A DNA stretch of 64,000 bases from an uncultured Acidobacteriota bacterium (GTDB lineage: Bacteria > Acidobacteriota > UBA6911): NCBI GenBank assembly GCA_963809485.1, contig CAWEJX010000004.1, forward strand, positions 352,001-416,000, written 5' to 3'. Under the pieces are notes generated by a model. The model did no database searches. It had not been told where the DNA came from and saw only the letters and a program-made list of their open reading frames with translations. Positions 20,274-30,775 of the stretch are shown here, one piece after another; position 1 is the stretch's first letter, and every line of letters starts with the position of its first letter. Position numbers and translations under genes: made by a program.

Positions 20274-21404
20274 TTACGCAAGAAGGGTTTGCGCCCGAAT
20301 GAGTCTGGATTGAACGTCGACGCCGTTGGGGCACTGAACAGCGCAGGAGGAGCAGTCCCTGCACCGGATTCGGCGAACTTGCTCCGGCAGAAGCCTGAAA
20401 TTCCCCTGTGCCTGACTGAAATTACCGCCGAAATCGTTGTATGCCAGATAGCGCAATTCGTCGGTAACGGGTACGCCATTCGGGCATTTTCCTTTGCATT
20501 CGTAACACATGCGGCAGTAGCGGGAACGGATTTCCTCGCTCCGCGCATACAGCACTTTCTCATCCTCGATAGAATAGGGCTCCTGCATGGCCCGGAAATT
20601 CATCTCGAGCTCTGCAATATTCTTGGCATACGGCACCGAGGTCGAGATCATGGGATTCATCAGAACCCACTTGACAGCCGCCAGCGGCCCCTCCCCTTTC
20701 AATCTCAGCTCTTTCGGGGGGATTATGCCGGCCACTGCAATAATCACCTTCATGGCCACAACGCCGATTCCCGAGTCATAGAGCTTTTTAATAGATGCGG
20801 TGCGCAAATGCGAGTTTATGGGATAGCTGTATGTAGTCTGTACAACATCGAATTTCCCGATGCTTACAATTCTGTCGACGACGGCGTAGATGTCGTGCGA
20901 ACTCACTCCGATGAAGCGGGTTTTCCCCTGTTTCTTCAGAGTTTCGCAAGCCTCAACCGCCTCGTCCGTAATCGCATCGGGCGTGTCCCTGGAGTGCAAA
21001 TGCCAGATGTCGACATGATCCGTCTGCAGCGCCTTCAGGCTGGTATCCATATCCTTGTACACATCGGCCTTTGTCCGCGCATCGGTTTTGCTGGCCAGCA
21101 CGATCCTGTTTCGCTTGCCCCTGAAAGCCTCACCGGCAATATCCTCGCTTTTGCCATACATGCGGGCGGTGTCAAAATAATTAACGCCCAGGTCGACCGC
21201 ACGGTTAAGTACTGCCGGATCGGGCACCACACCGATGCCGCAACCAACGGCAGAAACCTTCAAACCAGTTTTTCCCAATGTCCGATAAACCATGCCGGCA
21301 GGGGCTTGCCCAAATGCATTGGAATAGTGTGAGGCAACCAAGCCTGCGGCAGGCAGCGCCAAACCGGCCTGCAGGAATTTTCTTCGCGATGTATCAAATG
21401 CCAC
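20274..21404 (-). CDS. Tat-signal aldo/keto reductase with C-terminal 4Fe-4S domain
   Basis: SRRKFLQ; YRTLGKTGLKVS; NYFDTARMYG; GKTRFIGVSSH; CRMCYECKGKCP and CRDCSSCAVQCP. GTG start after AAGGAGG. Confidence 0.9.
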   Translation of the reverse strand: MAFDTSRRKFLQAGLALPAAGLVASHYSNAFGQAPAGMVYRTLGKTGLKVSAVGCGIGVVPDPAVLNRAVDLGVNYFDTARMYGKSEDIAGEAFRGKRNRIVLASKTDARTKADVYKDMDTSLKALQTDHVDIWHLHSRDTPDAITDEAVEACETLKKQGKTRFIGVSSHDIYAVVDRIVSIGKFDVVQTTYSYPINSHLRTASIKKLYDSGIGVVAMKVIIAVAGIIPPKELRLKGEGPLAAVKWVLMNPMISTSVPYAKNIAELEMNFRAMQEPYSIEDEKVLYARSEEIRSRYCRMCYECKGKCPNGVPVTDELRYLAYNDFGGNFSQAQGNFRLLPEQVRRIRCRDCSSCAVQCPNGVDVQSRLIRAQTLLA

Positions 21405-21687
21405 AATCCCTCCTTTGGAGAAAAGAAACCGGTCCTCGAATACCCGATCGATCGAAAATCTCAAGGACCGTTTTCAGGGCAATTGCCATAAAAAGATTGA
21501 ATTGGGATGACACTCTTGAATCCCCGATAGCCCTGTGTCTGGCAAATACCATTAACACCGGGTGCCCTGCGATGCGCGCCAAAGAACACCGGCTTGCCGG
21601 CTCTTTTGAAATCCAGTGAGTTATGTTCCGGCTCCCTTAGTGTATTTTTCGTGCTCTTCGCCGAGAATGAGCTCAATCTCCGCATCG

Positions 21688-23139
21688 TCATCCTTTCAGG
21701 TATCTGGCTGCATTCTCCCCCGCCACGCGGCCCGAGTTGACGGCAAATGCGGAAGTTATGCCGGAGGTATCCCTCATGCTGTAGCTCTCCGCGTGGAGTC
21801 CGCCCGCATCGAGCCCTGCGACGTAGAGGCCCGCTATCGGGGAGCCGTACTCATCAACCGCCTCGGTCCTGTCGTTGATTTTGACTCCTCCCATCGTCCC
21901 CAGGAAGCAGGTGCGCGCTTTGGCCGCATAGAATCGAGGCCCGTAGAGCGGTATGAGATACTCGCGATCCTTCGCAAATTCCTCGTCGTATCCTTGCGCA
22001 CAGAATGTGTTGTATCGATCGACCGTGGCCTTGAGCACCCGGGGATCCACCTCCATCTTTCGGGCAAGCTCCTCGATGGAGTCTGCGCCGAAGAACTCCT
22101 TCGATTTGAGGGAAAGGAAGTGCTCCAATTCTTCATCCAGAGTCATGGAGCTTGCTGCCGGGGGGCACGACCGTTCCCATGCCGCGGAAAACTCCCTTCT
22201 CGATAAAGTGCTTTTTGATCGTGTCGTCGAAGAGGCAGAAGGTGTATCCCTGTTTGTACCGGCTATTCACGTTGCCCAAAGAAGTATCGTAATAGGCGAT
22301 GCCCTCATCGCAGAACCTTTCGCCCTTTGGGATCCACCCACAACACCGGCTGGATGGCCGCTCCTTCCACGGCGTTCATGAAGGGGAACTCCGGCCCGAA
22401 CGGCGCCACGCGGATCAGGTGGAGCACGCCCATGCCTTCCGCAGCAGCACCCATCTCCCAGGCCATGCGGATGCCGTCGCCCATCTTGCCCACGTTTCCC
22501 ATGGGCATCACTGTCCGGCCCAGTTCGAGGCCGGTGTACTTCCTGATCCATTCCGCGTTGTTCGCATAGCCTCCGCTGGCGATCACTACGGCCCTGCAGG
22601 CCACGACGGTGTCTTTGCCGTCCAACTCGACGACAACGCCCGATGGCCCTTTCTTCCCCTTCAGTATCTGCTTAACCGGAGCGGCGGTTCTGATGGCGAC
22701 TCCCATCTCCTTCGGCTTTGAGCGCCAGCGCCTTGACCACAGCTTGTCCCTTGCCCTTGACTACATGGTAGGTCCGGGGCGCATCGGGCATATTGATGGT
22801 CACCTCAAGGAACTCCACACCCAGAGCTTTGAGCCAGTCGATGGTGTCGGCAGATCTGTTGATGAGAGACCGGACCAGCCGCGCATCGACGCGCCAGTGA
22901 TTGTATTCCATGAAGTTCCTGAAGGCCTGGTCACGCGAGTAGGCGATGTACTTCTCCTTTTGCATGGCGCTTCCGACAGCGAACATGCCTTCGAAGAAGT
23001 TCGAGGTCCCGCCGAGGGACGGCTGCTTTTCGAAAACGACTACCCTCGCGCCTCCTTGCGCTGCCTCAAGCGCTGCGGCGAGACCCGATACGCCCGAACC
23101 GACGACGACGACATCTGCTTCCATTGGCATTTCACTCAT
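21688..23139 (-). CDS. FAD-dependent oxidoreductase, fumarate-reductase/flavocytochrome flavin-subunit family (several frameshifts)
   Basis: DVVVVGSGVSGLAAA...EKQPSLGG; VVIASGGYANN...GDGIRMAW; LWVDPKG; GTMGGVKIN...GLYVAG...SGRVAGENAA, spread over three ORFs. Confidence 0.85.
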
Positions 23140-23981
23140 GGGGGCCTCCGGCTCGTTCTTTCACACTCCGCACAATACTGCTGATCACAGCGCCCGAGAC
23201 ATCAACGACCGCCGCGCCCCCGTCTACCGGGATAGCGGCTCCGGTGAGAAAGGATGAGTCATCGCTCGCAAGAAACGCGCAGATGCCGGCCATCTCGTCA
23301 GGATGCGCCACGCGGGTCAGGGGAACGTCCTTCATGAAGCGGGCAAAGATGTCTTCCACGTTCGTTCCGAGCATCTGTGCAAACGCCTCCATGTTTTCTG
23401 TGAACATGTCCGTTTTCGTGGCTCCCGGGCATACAACATTGCATCGCACGTTGTAGCGGCCATAGTCCAGCGCAGCCTGCTGGGTCAGGTTGATGAGCCC
23501 TCCCTTTGGTCGCGCAAAAACCGGGCATTCTCGGAGTTGCACCTCAAGCCGGCCAGTGAGGAGATGTTTATCACGGAGCCGCCACCCTGCCTTTATCATC
23601 TGGGGGATGCATGCCTTCATCATGAGGAACGGACCGGTGAGATTGACTTCAAGCATCCTTCTCCATTCCGCAACGTCCATGTCCACAACACCCGCGGGAG
23701 GATTCTGATCCATGGCCGCGTTGTTGACGAGCACGTGGAGACCTCCTTCAAAGGAAAGAGCCGTCTTCAGTATCCGTTCCACATCCTTTTCAATCGGACA
23801 CATCAGCGGAGCAGGTCTTTACCGAGCCCTCAGGCAGAGATTTCGCCACCTCATCGAGCATCTCCTGGCGGCGACCCGCGATACACACCCGTGCCCCGCA
23901 AGCGACGAAGCGCCGCGTGATGGCCGCTCCTATGCCGGTGCCGCCCCCCGTAACGATCGCAACCTTTCCTTTCAGATCCAC
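23132..23981 (-). CDS. Short-chain dehydrogenase/reductase (frameshifted)
   Basis: VDLKGKVAIVTGGGTGIG; LVNNAA; VNLTGPF; VRCNVVCPG; FLASDDSSFLTG...VDGG. Confidence 0.85.
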
Positions 23982-24224
23982 AGTCTTACCTCCAGAGGTA
24001 TGCGCATCCACCCGCGAATGCCCGGTGTTCCCCAAAGCTTCAGTCCTGAGATATTACAGCGAAAATGCGGCATCGATATGAAAATTCACATGGCGGTCCA
24101 GAGTTCTGGAGGCTTCGAGGAAGGAGATGTCAGCCCCGCAAAGGAATAACTGATTGTTTCCCGGGTAACCCCTGTTGTTCTGCGGCACCCTGGCCATATT
24201 GCGCACTCGGACCGCCGGCTCTCT

Positions 24225-25502
24225 TTACCGGACCACGAGATAATCCGAATCCTTTAGACGCGGCAGTACCGGAACCTTTTTGAAAACAGGATCAAATTCG
24301 AAATTTGATTTGCCAAGCCGGAAGAGCACGAGTTCTGCTATGATCAATCCCTTGAAATTCCCTTTGTAGCGGCTGTGAACCTGCGGTGCATTCAAAAGCA
24401 GCCGCGTAAAATCCAGATTATCCTCGCGGCATCCCGCATCCTCAAGTTCGGGGATCCGCTTACCTTCCGCATAAATAGCCTCTCCCCATTGCGGCGGGGT
24501 CAGCGATAACCTGGAAGCATCCCTTGTCATGTAAGTGGAACCCGCGAGACCCGACACGAGGCGGCGGGAGAGAGGACTGTCTTTGTAGGTTGAATCGCAG
24601 CTCCTGTCCCCTAATCCCAGCAGGATGGCTTTGGAGCTGACCAGTTGGAGATTGGCCCTGTCCGCAGAACCGTTGAGATTTTTGTAGGTGATGCCGCCCT
24701 GCAGAAATATGGGGCCGGTCGAATAAATTCGGCATCCGGTTTCGGTTGCAATAACCGGCTGTTTCAAAAACAGCGTTCCGCGCACCAGAAGATCTCCATC
24801 GCACGCCACATCCCCCGTGTTGGTGAAGAAGGCGGAACCGGAGCCAGGACCGATGCCGCTTAGCCCGGGAGAACTTTTGTCGGTTTTGATATACCTGGTC
24901 TTTCCCTCTGATCCGGGAACGATGCCGAAGCGCGCTTCCAGAGTTTCGGCATCGGCCGCACCGATAAAAACGCTTTTCTTTTCGATAACTGTGGCGGGGC
25001 TCTGTTTTTGTCTTTCCAATTCCCTCAGGTATTGAGCCAGAGACCTGGCTTGCAGCGCTCGTCCATATTCGCCCGGAAGCTTCGAACCTTCCGCGGCTAT
25101 ATTAAAGTCGAACGCAGCTCGGGGAACAATTACGTTCTTGCTTATTTCGGCCGTGGCCCATCCCGTTTTGTTGGGCGCTCCTCCGAAAAAATCGCCGTAG
25201 ATATGGCCATCAAAAGTGCCGAACTTGCCGCCTCCGGCTCGATTGCCAAAAAAGTACCGATCTCCACAGCCGAAATCGGCGATAACGCTCGAGCGGATCT
25301 TTGCATGGCATGCGATGCAGGTGGGAGTGCGGACCGCCAGCGCCGGTTCGTATTCAGCGATAGCCGGATTGAGTCGATTGCTTTTTGCCTTTTCCTGCGC
25401 GAAAGGGTGTTCGCTCAAAGCCAAAAAGCATGCCGAAGCAAACACAAGCGAAAGCAGCGAGATAAAGAGTTTGTTTGGTTTCGGCAGCTTGTTCATTTTC
25501 AT
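24225..25502 (-). CDS. Secreted hypothetical protein with a single CxxCH motif
   Basis: 425-aa ORF with N-terminal signal/TM segment, PTCIACHAK, and a beta-rich C-terminal half. Confidence 0.7.
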   Translation of the reverse strand: MKMNKLPKPNKLFISLLSLVFASACFLALSEHPFAQEKAKSNRLNPAIAEYEPALAVRTPTCIACHAKIRSSVIADFGCGDRYFFGNRAGGGKFGTFDGHIYGDFFGGAPNKTGWATAEISKNVIVPRAAFDFNIAAEGSKLPGEYGRALQARSLAQYLRELERQKQSPATVIEKKSVFIGAADAETLEARFGIVPGSEGKTRYIKTDKSSPGLSGIGPGSGSAFFTNTGDVACDGDLLVRGTLFLKQPVIATETGCRIYSTGPIFLQGGITYKNLNGSADRANLQLVSSKAILLGLGDRSCDSTYKDSPLSRRLVSGLAGSTYMTRDASRLSLTPPQWGEAIYAEGKRIPELEDAGCREDNLDFTRLLLNAPQVHSRYKGNFKGLIIAELVLFRLGKSNFEFDPVFKKVPVLPRLKDSDYLVVR

Positions 25503-25843
25503 AATTTGGATCTCCGATTCGCAAGCGAGAGCACCTTAACATGAATCCGCCCGATGTGCAGCGCATTTGCACAGAAATCGCCAATTCTTGTCCCCATATC
25601 TGAAGCAGGCACGATCCGGATCTGTATCCGGGGCGCTCCGGCGGCCGATGGCCAGAATAATTCCGAGGCTGTATACCAAAGCGCTTTTTATAGAAATCCG
25701 TCGTTTATCTGGCATCAGGATTCATTGCTTCCGGCAATGTCGTTCCTGAAAAGTTGAGTTTCATTGGATTCAGATCTCCTGACACACTCCTATGAAGATA
25801 TGTCCGCCTTTCTGCGAAACGCCTAACGCCGCATAATGGGTTT

Positions 25844-26022
25844 GCCGCGTAGCAGCAGCATGATCTTAGCCGGGCCTTTTAAGGCCCGGACAACGATTTG
25901 AAATAGAATCCGTCGCGTCAGCGACGGTTGAATTCAAGCGTCGCTGACGCGACGCATCCTGCTCATCGGTCACAATGCCGGCCTTAAAAGGCCGGCCCAA
26001 ATTCAATGGGCCGCTACGCGGC
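25844..26022. repeat. REPIN-like nested palindromic repeat, copy 2
   Basis: GCCGCGTAGCAGC...CCGGGCCTTTTAAGGCCCGG...GTCGCGTCAGCGAC / GTCGCTGACGCGAC...GCCGGCCTTAAAAGGCCGGC...GCCGCTACGCGGC. Same layout and about the same length as 2476-2653. Confidence 0.8.
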
Positions 26023-26289
26023 CGAGCGAGATATCGGTGCTACCCGCGAAAAAAAGCGGACAGGTTTTTGTCCGCACCCATGCCCGATGGATTGCAGGTT
26101 TGCTCAATTTTTGGCAGAGTATGTTAGGAGATCAGGCTCTCCTGCAGCAGGCATCCAATGGCCGAATTGGAGTCTTGGATAGGCACTGCGAATATATCAA
26201 TTGTGCAGATGTTATCTTTTGTTGACGACGGCTAAATGCTAGAATCGCTGCCACGCAGTCAGAAGTTTTGTTGAGCACAATCAAATGGA

Positions 26290-26574
26290 GACTACGGCAT
26301 GTGCGCGGCAATGTTTCCGGGGGCTTTTGATGCCCTGGAAGCGGTGCAGAAGTGGGTCGAGGAAGGCGTTGCGCCGGATCAAATCAAGGCTACCTATGCC
26401 GAACAGGGCCGCCAATTTCGAGAGCGGGCGGGCATGCAAGATACACCCCAATCCAGGAGTCGGATCCTCAAGACACGGCCGGTGTGCCCCTTTCCGCAGG
26501 TGGCGAATTACAGGGGGAGCGGCGATACGAACGACGCAGCAAATTTTACATGCGGCAATCCGACCCGGAGATAG
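26290..26574 (+). pseudogene. C-terminal fragment of a tannase/feruloyl-esterase-fold gene
   Basis: YGMC...FDALEAVQKWVEEGVAPDQI...TRPVCPFPQVANYRGSGDTNDAANFTC aligns with the C-terminus of 31297-32838. Confidence 0.8.
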
Positions 26575-26722
26575 TCGGGATGGAGGAGCCGGAAGTCGGC
26601 ACTCAAAAGTCATCCATCCCGCGAATGCACAGCCAATGCTGCATTAATTTTATAGCGGCGAAGCCACAGGAGTGTGGCAGCTTGCAGCCACCTTAACTCA
26701 TATCCCAATATTGAGGATAGCC

Positions 26723-27370
26723 ATGAAAGACTACGAATATCACCGCATCGGAGAACTGGCAAAGCAGCTGGAGCAAGCAGAAGTTGAATCGGGCATAATC
26801 GACCAGATTATGGAGGGTGGGAAAGATATCCTGCGCAAAACCAGCCCCGAGAAAAAGGCTGACTGGATGCGGGGAGCGATGCTCCGCATGAATAAGCTCC
26901 TCCCCATGACGATCCGGAAAGCTGTGCGTGAAGGCTGTGCCTGCTGCCTGGGCGGGAAGCGTATAAAGACATCCCAAAAAATCGCATCCGAGAACGCTAC
27001 ACTTGAAGAAAGAATCAAAGCAGCCAATGCTGCCAATTACTTGGGCAGCATCACACTGCTTACAGACGGAGAAATTGTCGCGCGCTTTAATCTGCAAACT
27101 GAGCCGCCTTACCGGTGCTACTGTCTGCCCCAAGCGAAAAAACCGCTGCCGATTACCTACTGCTTTTGCTGCGGCGGCCATGTGAAGCATCATCTGCAGA
27201 TAGCCCTTGGACGGGAACTGGATTGCACCACAATATCCTCCGCCCTATCCAGCGGGTGGCAAAAAACCTGCGCCTTTAGCTTTAAAATAAGGGGTGAGAA
27301 CCGGTATGAAAAACTACGAGTATCACCACATCGGAGAGTTGGCGACGCAGCTGGAAAAAGCCGGGATTAA
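26723..27370 (+). CDS. Cys-rich hypothetical protein (DUF6144-like), tandem copy 1; true stop probably near 27297
   Basis: CACC, CYC, YCFCCGGH, C motifs. The ORF overlaps copy 2; one extra G in the G-run near 27290 would give a TGA stop at the position where copy 2 ends. Confidence 0.7.
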   Translation: MKDYEYHRIGELAKQLEQAEVESGIIDQIMEGGKDILRKTSPEKKADWMRGAMLRMNKLLPMTIRKAVREGCACCLGGKRIKTSQKIASENATLEERIKAANAANYLGSITLLTDGEIVARFNLQTEPPYRCYCLPQAKKPLPITYCFCCGGHVKHHLQIALGRELDCTTISSALSSGWQKTCAFSFKIRGENRYEKLRVSPHRRVGDAAGKSRD

Positions 27371-27887
27371 GCGGGACATAATCGACAAAATAATGCAGGG
27401 CGGCGAAAATATTCTCCGGAAAACCAGTCCCAGAGAAAAAGCCGACTGGATGCGGGAAGCCATGCTCCGCATGAACAAGCTCCTCGACCTTAAGACCCGC
27501 AAGGCCGTCCGCGAAGCCTGTGCCTGCCGCTTGACCGGCCGGCCCTTAAAGGCCTCTCAGGCAATTGCCAGAGAGAACAAGTCTCTGGAAGACAGGATTA
27601 AGGCCGCCAACAAGGCAATTGCAGTTTTCGGGGGTTGTGTCAGGATGCAGGAAAACGGCGAAATCCTGATGCGTTTTGCCTCTGAAGGCCTTGACCATTA
27701 CCACTGCGCATGCCTCCGCGGAGCTGCTAAACCGTTGCCTGTCACCTACTGCTTTTGCTGCGGCGGCCATGTCAAGTACCATCTCCAGATCTCTCTCGGC
27801 CTTGATCTGGACTACACCATCCGTTCCACTGCCCTTTCCAGCGGTGGCAAGTTGCCCTGTACGTTCAGCCTCCGGATAAAAGATTAG
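27306..27887 (+). CDS. Cys-rich hypothetical protein (DUF6144-like), tandem copy 2
   Basis: MKNYEYHHIGEL...CAC...CAC...YCFCCGGHVK...C; clearly paralogous to copy 1. Confidence 0.75.
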   Translation: MKNYEYHHIGELATQLEKAGIKRDIIDKIMQGGENILRKTSPREKADWMREAMLRMNKLLDLKTRKAVREACACRLTGRPLKASQAIARENKSLEDRIKAANKAIAVFGGCVRMQENGEILMRFASEGLDHYHCACLRGAAKPLPVTYCFCCGGHVKYHLQISLGLDLDYTIRSTALSSGGKLPCTFSLRIKD

Positions 27888-28248
27888 GGCAATGAAAAAT
27901 GCTAAAAGCTCCCTGCATCCCCATCATCGCCCCAAAAGGTGAGTGTCAACATTGTCTCCGGTGTCGCCGGAAGCCCATATTCTTTTTGGGATTTGGCGAA
28001 CATCTATTTCGATACAAGCTTTTCGCGCTACGCGGCTATGTTTCGCGGTAGGTTTGCGGCAGGTCAATTTTCGAGCCTCATTCAATAGCTGCGTGACTCG
28101 AGATTCAGGGGCTTTTGACATCGTCCGGCGAGCGTTTGCAGGGAATCGTGCAAAACAGGGTGCACTGCTTTATGGTGGAGATGAAACCTATTCACGAGAA
28201 GACGTAACCATCACAAGCTGGCGCAAAGACCCCTTCCCTTTAACCGGT

Positions 28249-28896
28249 CTATTTCAGGCGGTCAGCTATTTCATCGAGTTTTTCCTCTATGAACATTTGT
28301 GCTTTTAACAAATCTCTATCGTTGGGTCTGTCTGTGATATCTCCATGGAAAGTCCTGGGCATAGGATCATCAACATATTTGCCCGGGCAGCAAAAATGAC
28401 CGATGAACTGAAAACCGATATGCTCGAGTTCCAGCTCCAGCAGTTGTACCGCGGGTAGCGCTTCTTTAGGGCCGAATTCATACCCTGCGTAAGTGATAAA
28501 GACTACTGCCCGCGGGGCATCAGGACCCAGAATGATTTTATGATGGTCGAGCTTCGCTTTTCTATTCGGAGGGAGTTCAGGGATTGGTTCTGTAATATAG
28601 GGAATCGTCTCATCCCTGAAGCGTAATGTTATTCGGGGATCAAAGCCCGTCCTGAATCCCCTTAACATATTCAGGATTTCATTGTAAGGCAAATGCGCCC
28701 GGAGGCCGGAGCCGGCGCAGACGAAATCATAAGAACGTATATCGAAAGGAGGGCGGAGAATATCGTCAGCCTGTTTACGAACTTTAAAAATATCGCATTG
28801 CCAGCCGTTTCGCTCGAATGTCTCTTTGATGCTAAAAGCTACCTTTTCCGTATTTCCGGTGTAAGAAGAATACGTGACCAAACATCGCTTAACCAT
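28249..28896 (-). CDS. Flavodoxin-family protein
   Basis: YSSYTGNTEKVA FMN-phosphate loop; YDFVCAGS; FITYAG; CPGK...RPNDRDL. Confidence 0.8.
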   Translation of the reverse strand: MVKRCLVTYSSYTGNTEKVAFSIKETFERNGWQCDIFKVRKQADDILRPPFDIRSYDFVCAGSGLRAHLPYNEILNMLRGFRTGFDPRITLRFRDETIPYITEPIPELPPNRKAKLDHHKIILGPDAPRAVVFITYAGYEFGPKEALPAVQLLELELEHIGFQFIGHFCCPGKYVDDPMPRTFHGDITDRPNDRDLLKAQMFIEEKLDEIADRLK

Positions 28897-28935
28897 TTTA
28901 GCCTCGTCTTTCCTTTATCGCATGGATGGGAGATT

Positions 28936-29027
28936 TGAAGGGGGACAGTCACCCGTGTCCCCCATGGAACGCGGGAATGCATTTGTACTTCTCCTCTACG
29001 GGGGACACTGGTGACCGTCCCCCTTCA
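28936..29027. repeat. Intergenic inverted repeat (GGGGACAGTCACC-type)
   Basis: TGAAGGGGGACAGTCACCCGTGTCCCCC ... GGGGGACACTGGTGACCGTCCCCCTTCA, near-perfect 28-bp arms. The motif GGGGACAGTCACC recurs near 35272. Confidence 0.7.
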
Positions 29028-29062
29028 TCACCAACTTCACACCCTCTTAAACCGACCAATTC

Positions 29063-30775
29063 CTAACTCCAGGGCTTCATCGCGGCTGCATTTCTGCCGG
29101 CGATCCGCCCAAATGCGCTTGCTTCCCCAATGTTGCCGCCTGTGACACTATAGGTTCTGCCATAGATTGAACCCAATTCACCAGCTGAGAATAACCTCGG
29201 AATAGGGACAAGCTCCGGATTTAATATTTCTGCACTTGCAGAACGACGGGGACCACCATGGGTACAGACACCGCCCGGAACTTTTGGGAAGGCATAATAC
29301 GGCGGAGCGCTCACGGGAAGCATGCTTGATACCGGCCGGCCGAAATCATCGTCCTGTTTTTTTGTGCAGAGTTCATTGTACCGATTCACAGAAGCCGCCA
29401 GATTTACCCCATCCATTCTCTTCCCGAATTCATTCTTCTTTATATTCGCTGCCAGCTCTTCAATAGTGCTCCCGGAGCGGATCCATCTCCTGTCAAGTTC
29501 TTCGACGTTATCATGGCTCCACCCATCAAATCCGCCCAGATCCGCAGGCATGATATTAAGTCCACGCTGTCCTTTCGAACCTCTTACGGAGCCCAGCGGG
29601 CCTGCCTTAAAGCCAACGGAATCGAAGATCAGCCAGTAGGGCGTGCGGGCATATGCGCATTCCTGTTCGTCCCAACCAAAAAATTGCCAAAATCCCGTGT
29701 GCGGATTATTCGCTAAAGGGTTTTTTTCATTCATAAACCTTCTGCCCAGACTATCTACATAAAGGTAATTATCACTCTTTGGCTGAAGTTGAATTTGAAA
29801 GCCGTAGCTTGGGTCGATATCCCTGAACAGAGCATTACTCGCTCCGCACATGGCATCCATATGCCACAAGTCGGCACCTGCTTTTTGTGCCATCTTGATG
29901 CCGTCGCCAGTATTGTATCGCCAGCCGTAGAATGCCGTAGGATAGGCTTTGTGGAATTGCCTCTTCATTTCTTCGTTATGCTCGAAGCCTCCTGTGCTCA
30001 TTACGACTCCCCGCTTTGCTTTGACCGCAACGATTTTCCCCTTCTTCTCCTTTCCCCATGTGCCGGATACCTCCTGCCCATATAAACCTAGAATCTCTTT
30101 GGTAGCGGGATCCTGAATTAACTCCCTTCCGGGTGTACCAAACATAATCTGGATTTTTCTGTCATGCACGTGCTTATCCAACTGTGCAAAAAGTCCGGCA
30201 CCCTGTCCTTCCGTCTGATAAAGCACCATGGAGGAAAAATATGGCAGCTTTGGATATCCCGCAATATTTTTGGCTATCGTGTATTTGACTCCCAGGCTGT
30301 CATAAAATGCCCTGTTTTTGCATACTTCCTCAGCCCAGGCTTGTATAACATCCAGCGGGGTATAATCTTCGCTACCCGCCTTCAGATATTCGATGGCGTG
30401 TTGTACATTTGTCGGGCAGACCCATTGTCCCAAACACATCCCCGTGTTGCCGCCGCCGCGGTAGGGCGCTTTTTCCATTATGATGACCCTGGCGCCTGCA
30501 TCGTGCGCCGTAATTGCAGCGCAAGCTCCGGCACCTCCATATCCTACGACCACAACATCCGCCTCGTAGTCCCATTTAGCTGGAAGCCATGGACCTGTCC
30601 TGATAGTTTTTGTCGTGGTTGCCGTTGCTCCAGCCGCCCTTGATTTTTGAGGCACCGCTCTCACACCTGTTGCACAGGCTCCTACGGCACCGGCCGCAAG
30701 CACGGATTTGCCAGCAGCCAGAAAATCGCGCCTTGAAACAAGCCCATTACCGTTTTTCATTCTCTTGTCTTTCAT
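29063..30775 (-). CDS. Tat-exported FAD-binding flavoprotein (flavocytochrome-c flavin subunit / 3-ketosteroid dehydrogenase-like)
   Basis: SRRDFL; WDYEADVVVVGYGGAGA; STGGFE; NTGDGIKMA; GRRFMNE; THGGP...IPRLFSAGE...FGRIAGRNAA. Confidence 0.9.
   Translation of the reverse strand: MKDKRMKNGNGLVSRRDFLAAGKSVLAAGAVGACATGVRAVPQKSRAAGATATTTKTIRTGPWLPAKWDYEADVVVVGYGGAGACAAITAHDAGARVIIMEKAPYRGGGNTGMCLGQWVCPTNVQHAIEYLKAGSEDYTPLDVIQAWAEEVCKNRAFYDSLGVKYTIAKNIAGYPKLPYFSSMVLYQTEGQGAGLFAQLDKHVHDRKIQIMFGTPGRELIQDPATKEILGLYGQEVSGTWGKEKKGKIVAVKAKRGVVMSTGGFEHNEEMKRQFHKAYPTAFYGWRYNTGDGIKMAQKAGADLWHMDAMCGASNALFRDIDPSYGFQIQLQPKSDNYLYVDSLGRRFMNEKNPLANNPHTGFWQFFGWDEQECAYARTPYWLIFDSVGFKAGPLGSVRGSKGQRGLNIMPADLGGFDGWSHDNVEELDRRWIRSGSTIEELAANIKKNEFGKRMDGVNLAASVNRYNELCTKKQDDDFGRPVSSMLPVSAPPYYAFPKVPGGVCTHGGPRRSASAEILNPELVPIPRLFSAGELGSIYGRTYSVTGGNIGEASAFGRIAGRNAAAMKPWS

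Noticed and set aside
28100-28235. Possible C-terminal remnant of an AAA-DUF4143 gene (LLYGGDETYSREDVTITSW)
   Set aside because: Too short to support without a search.
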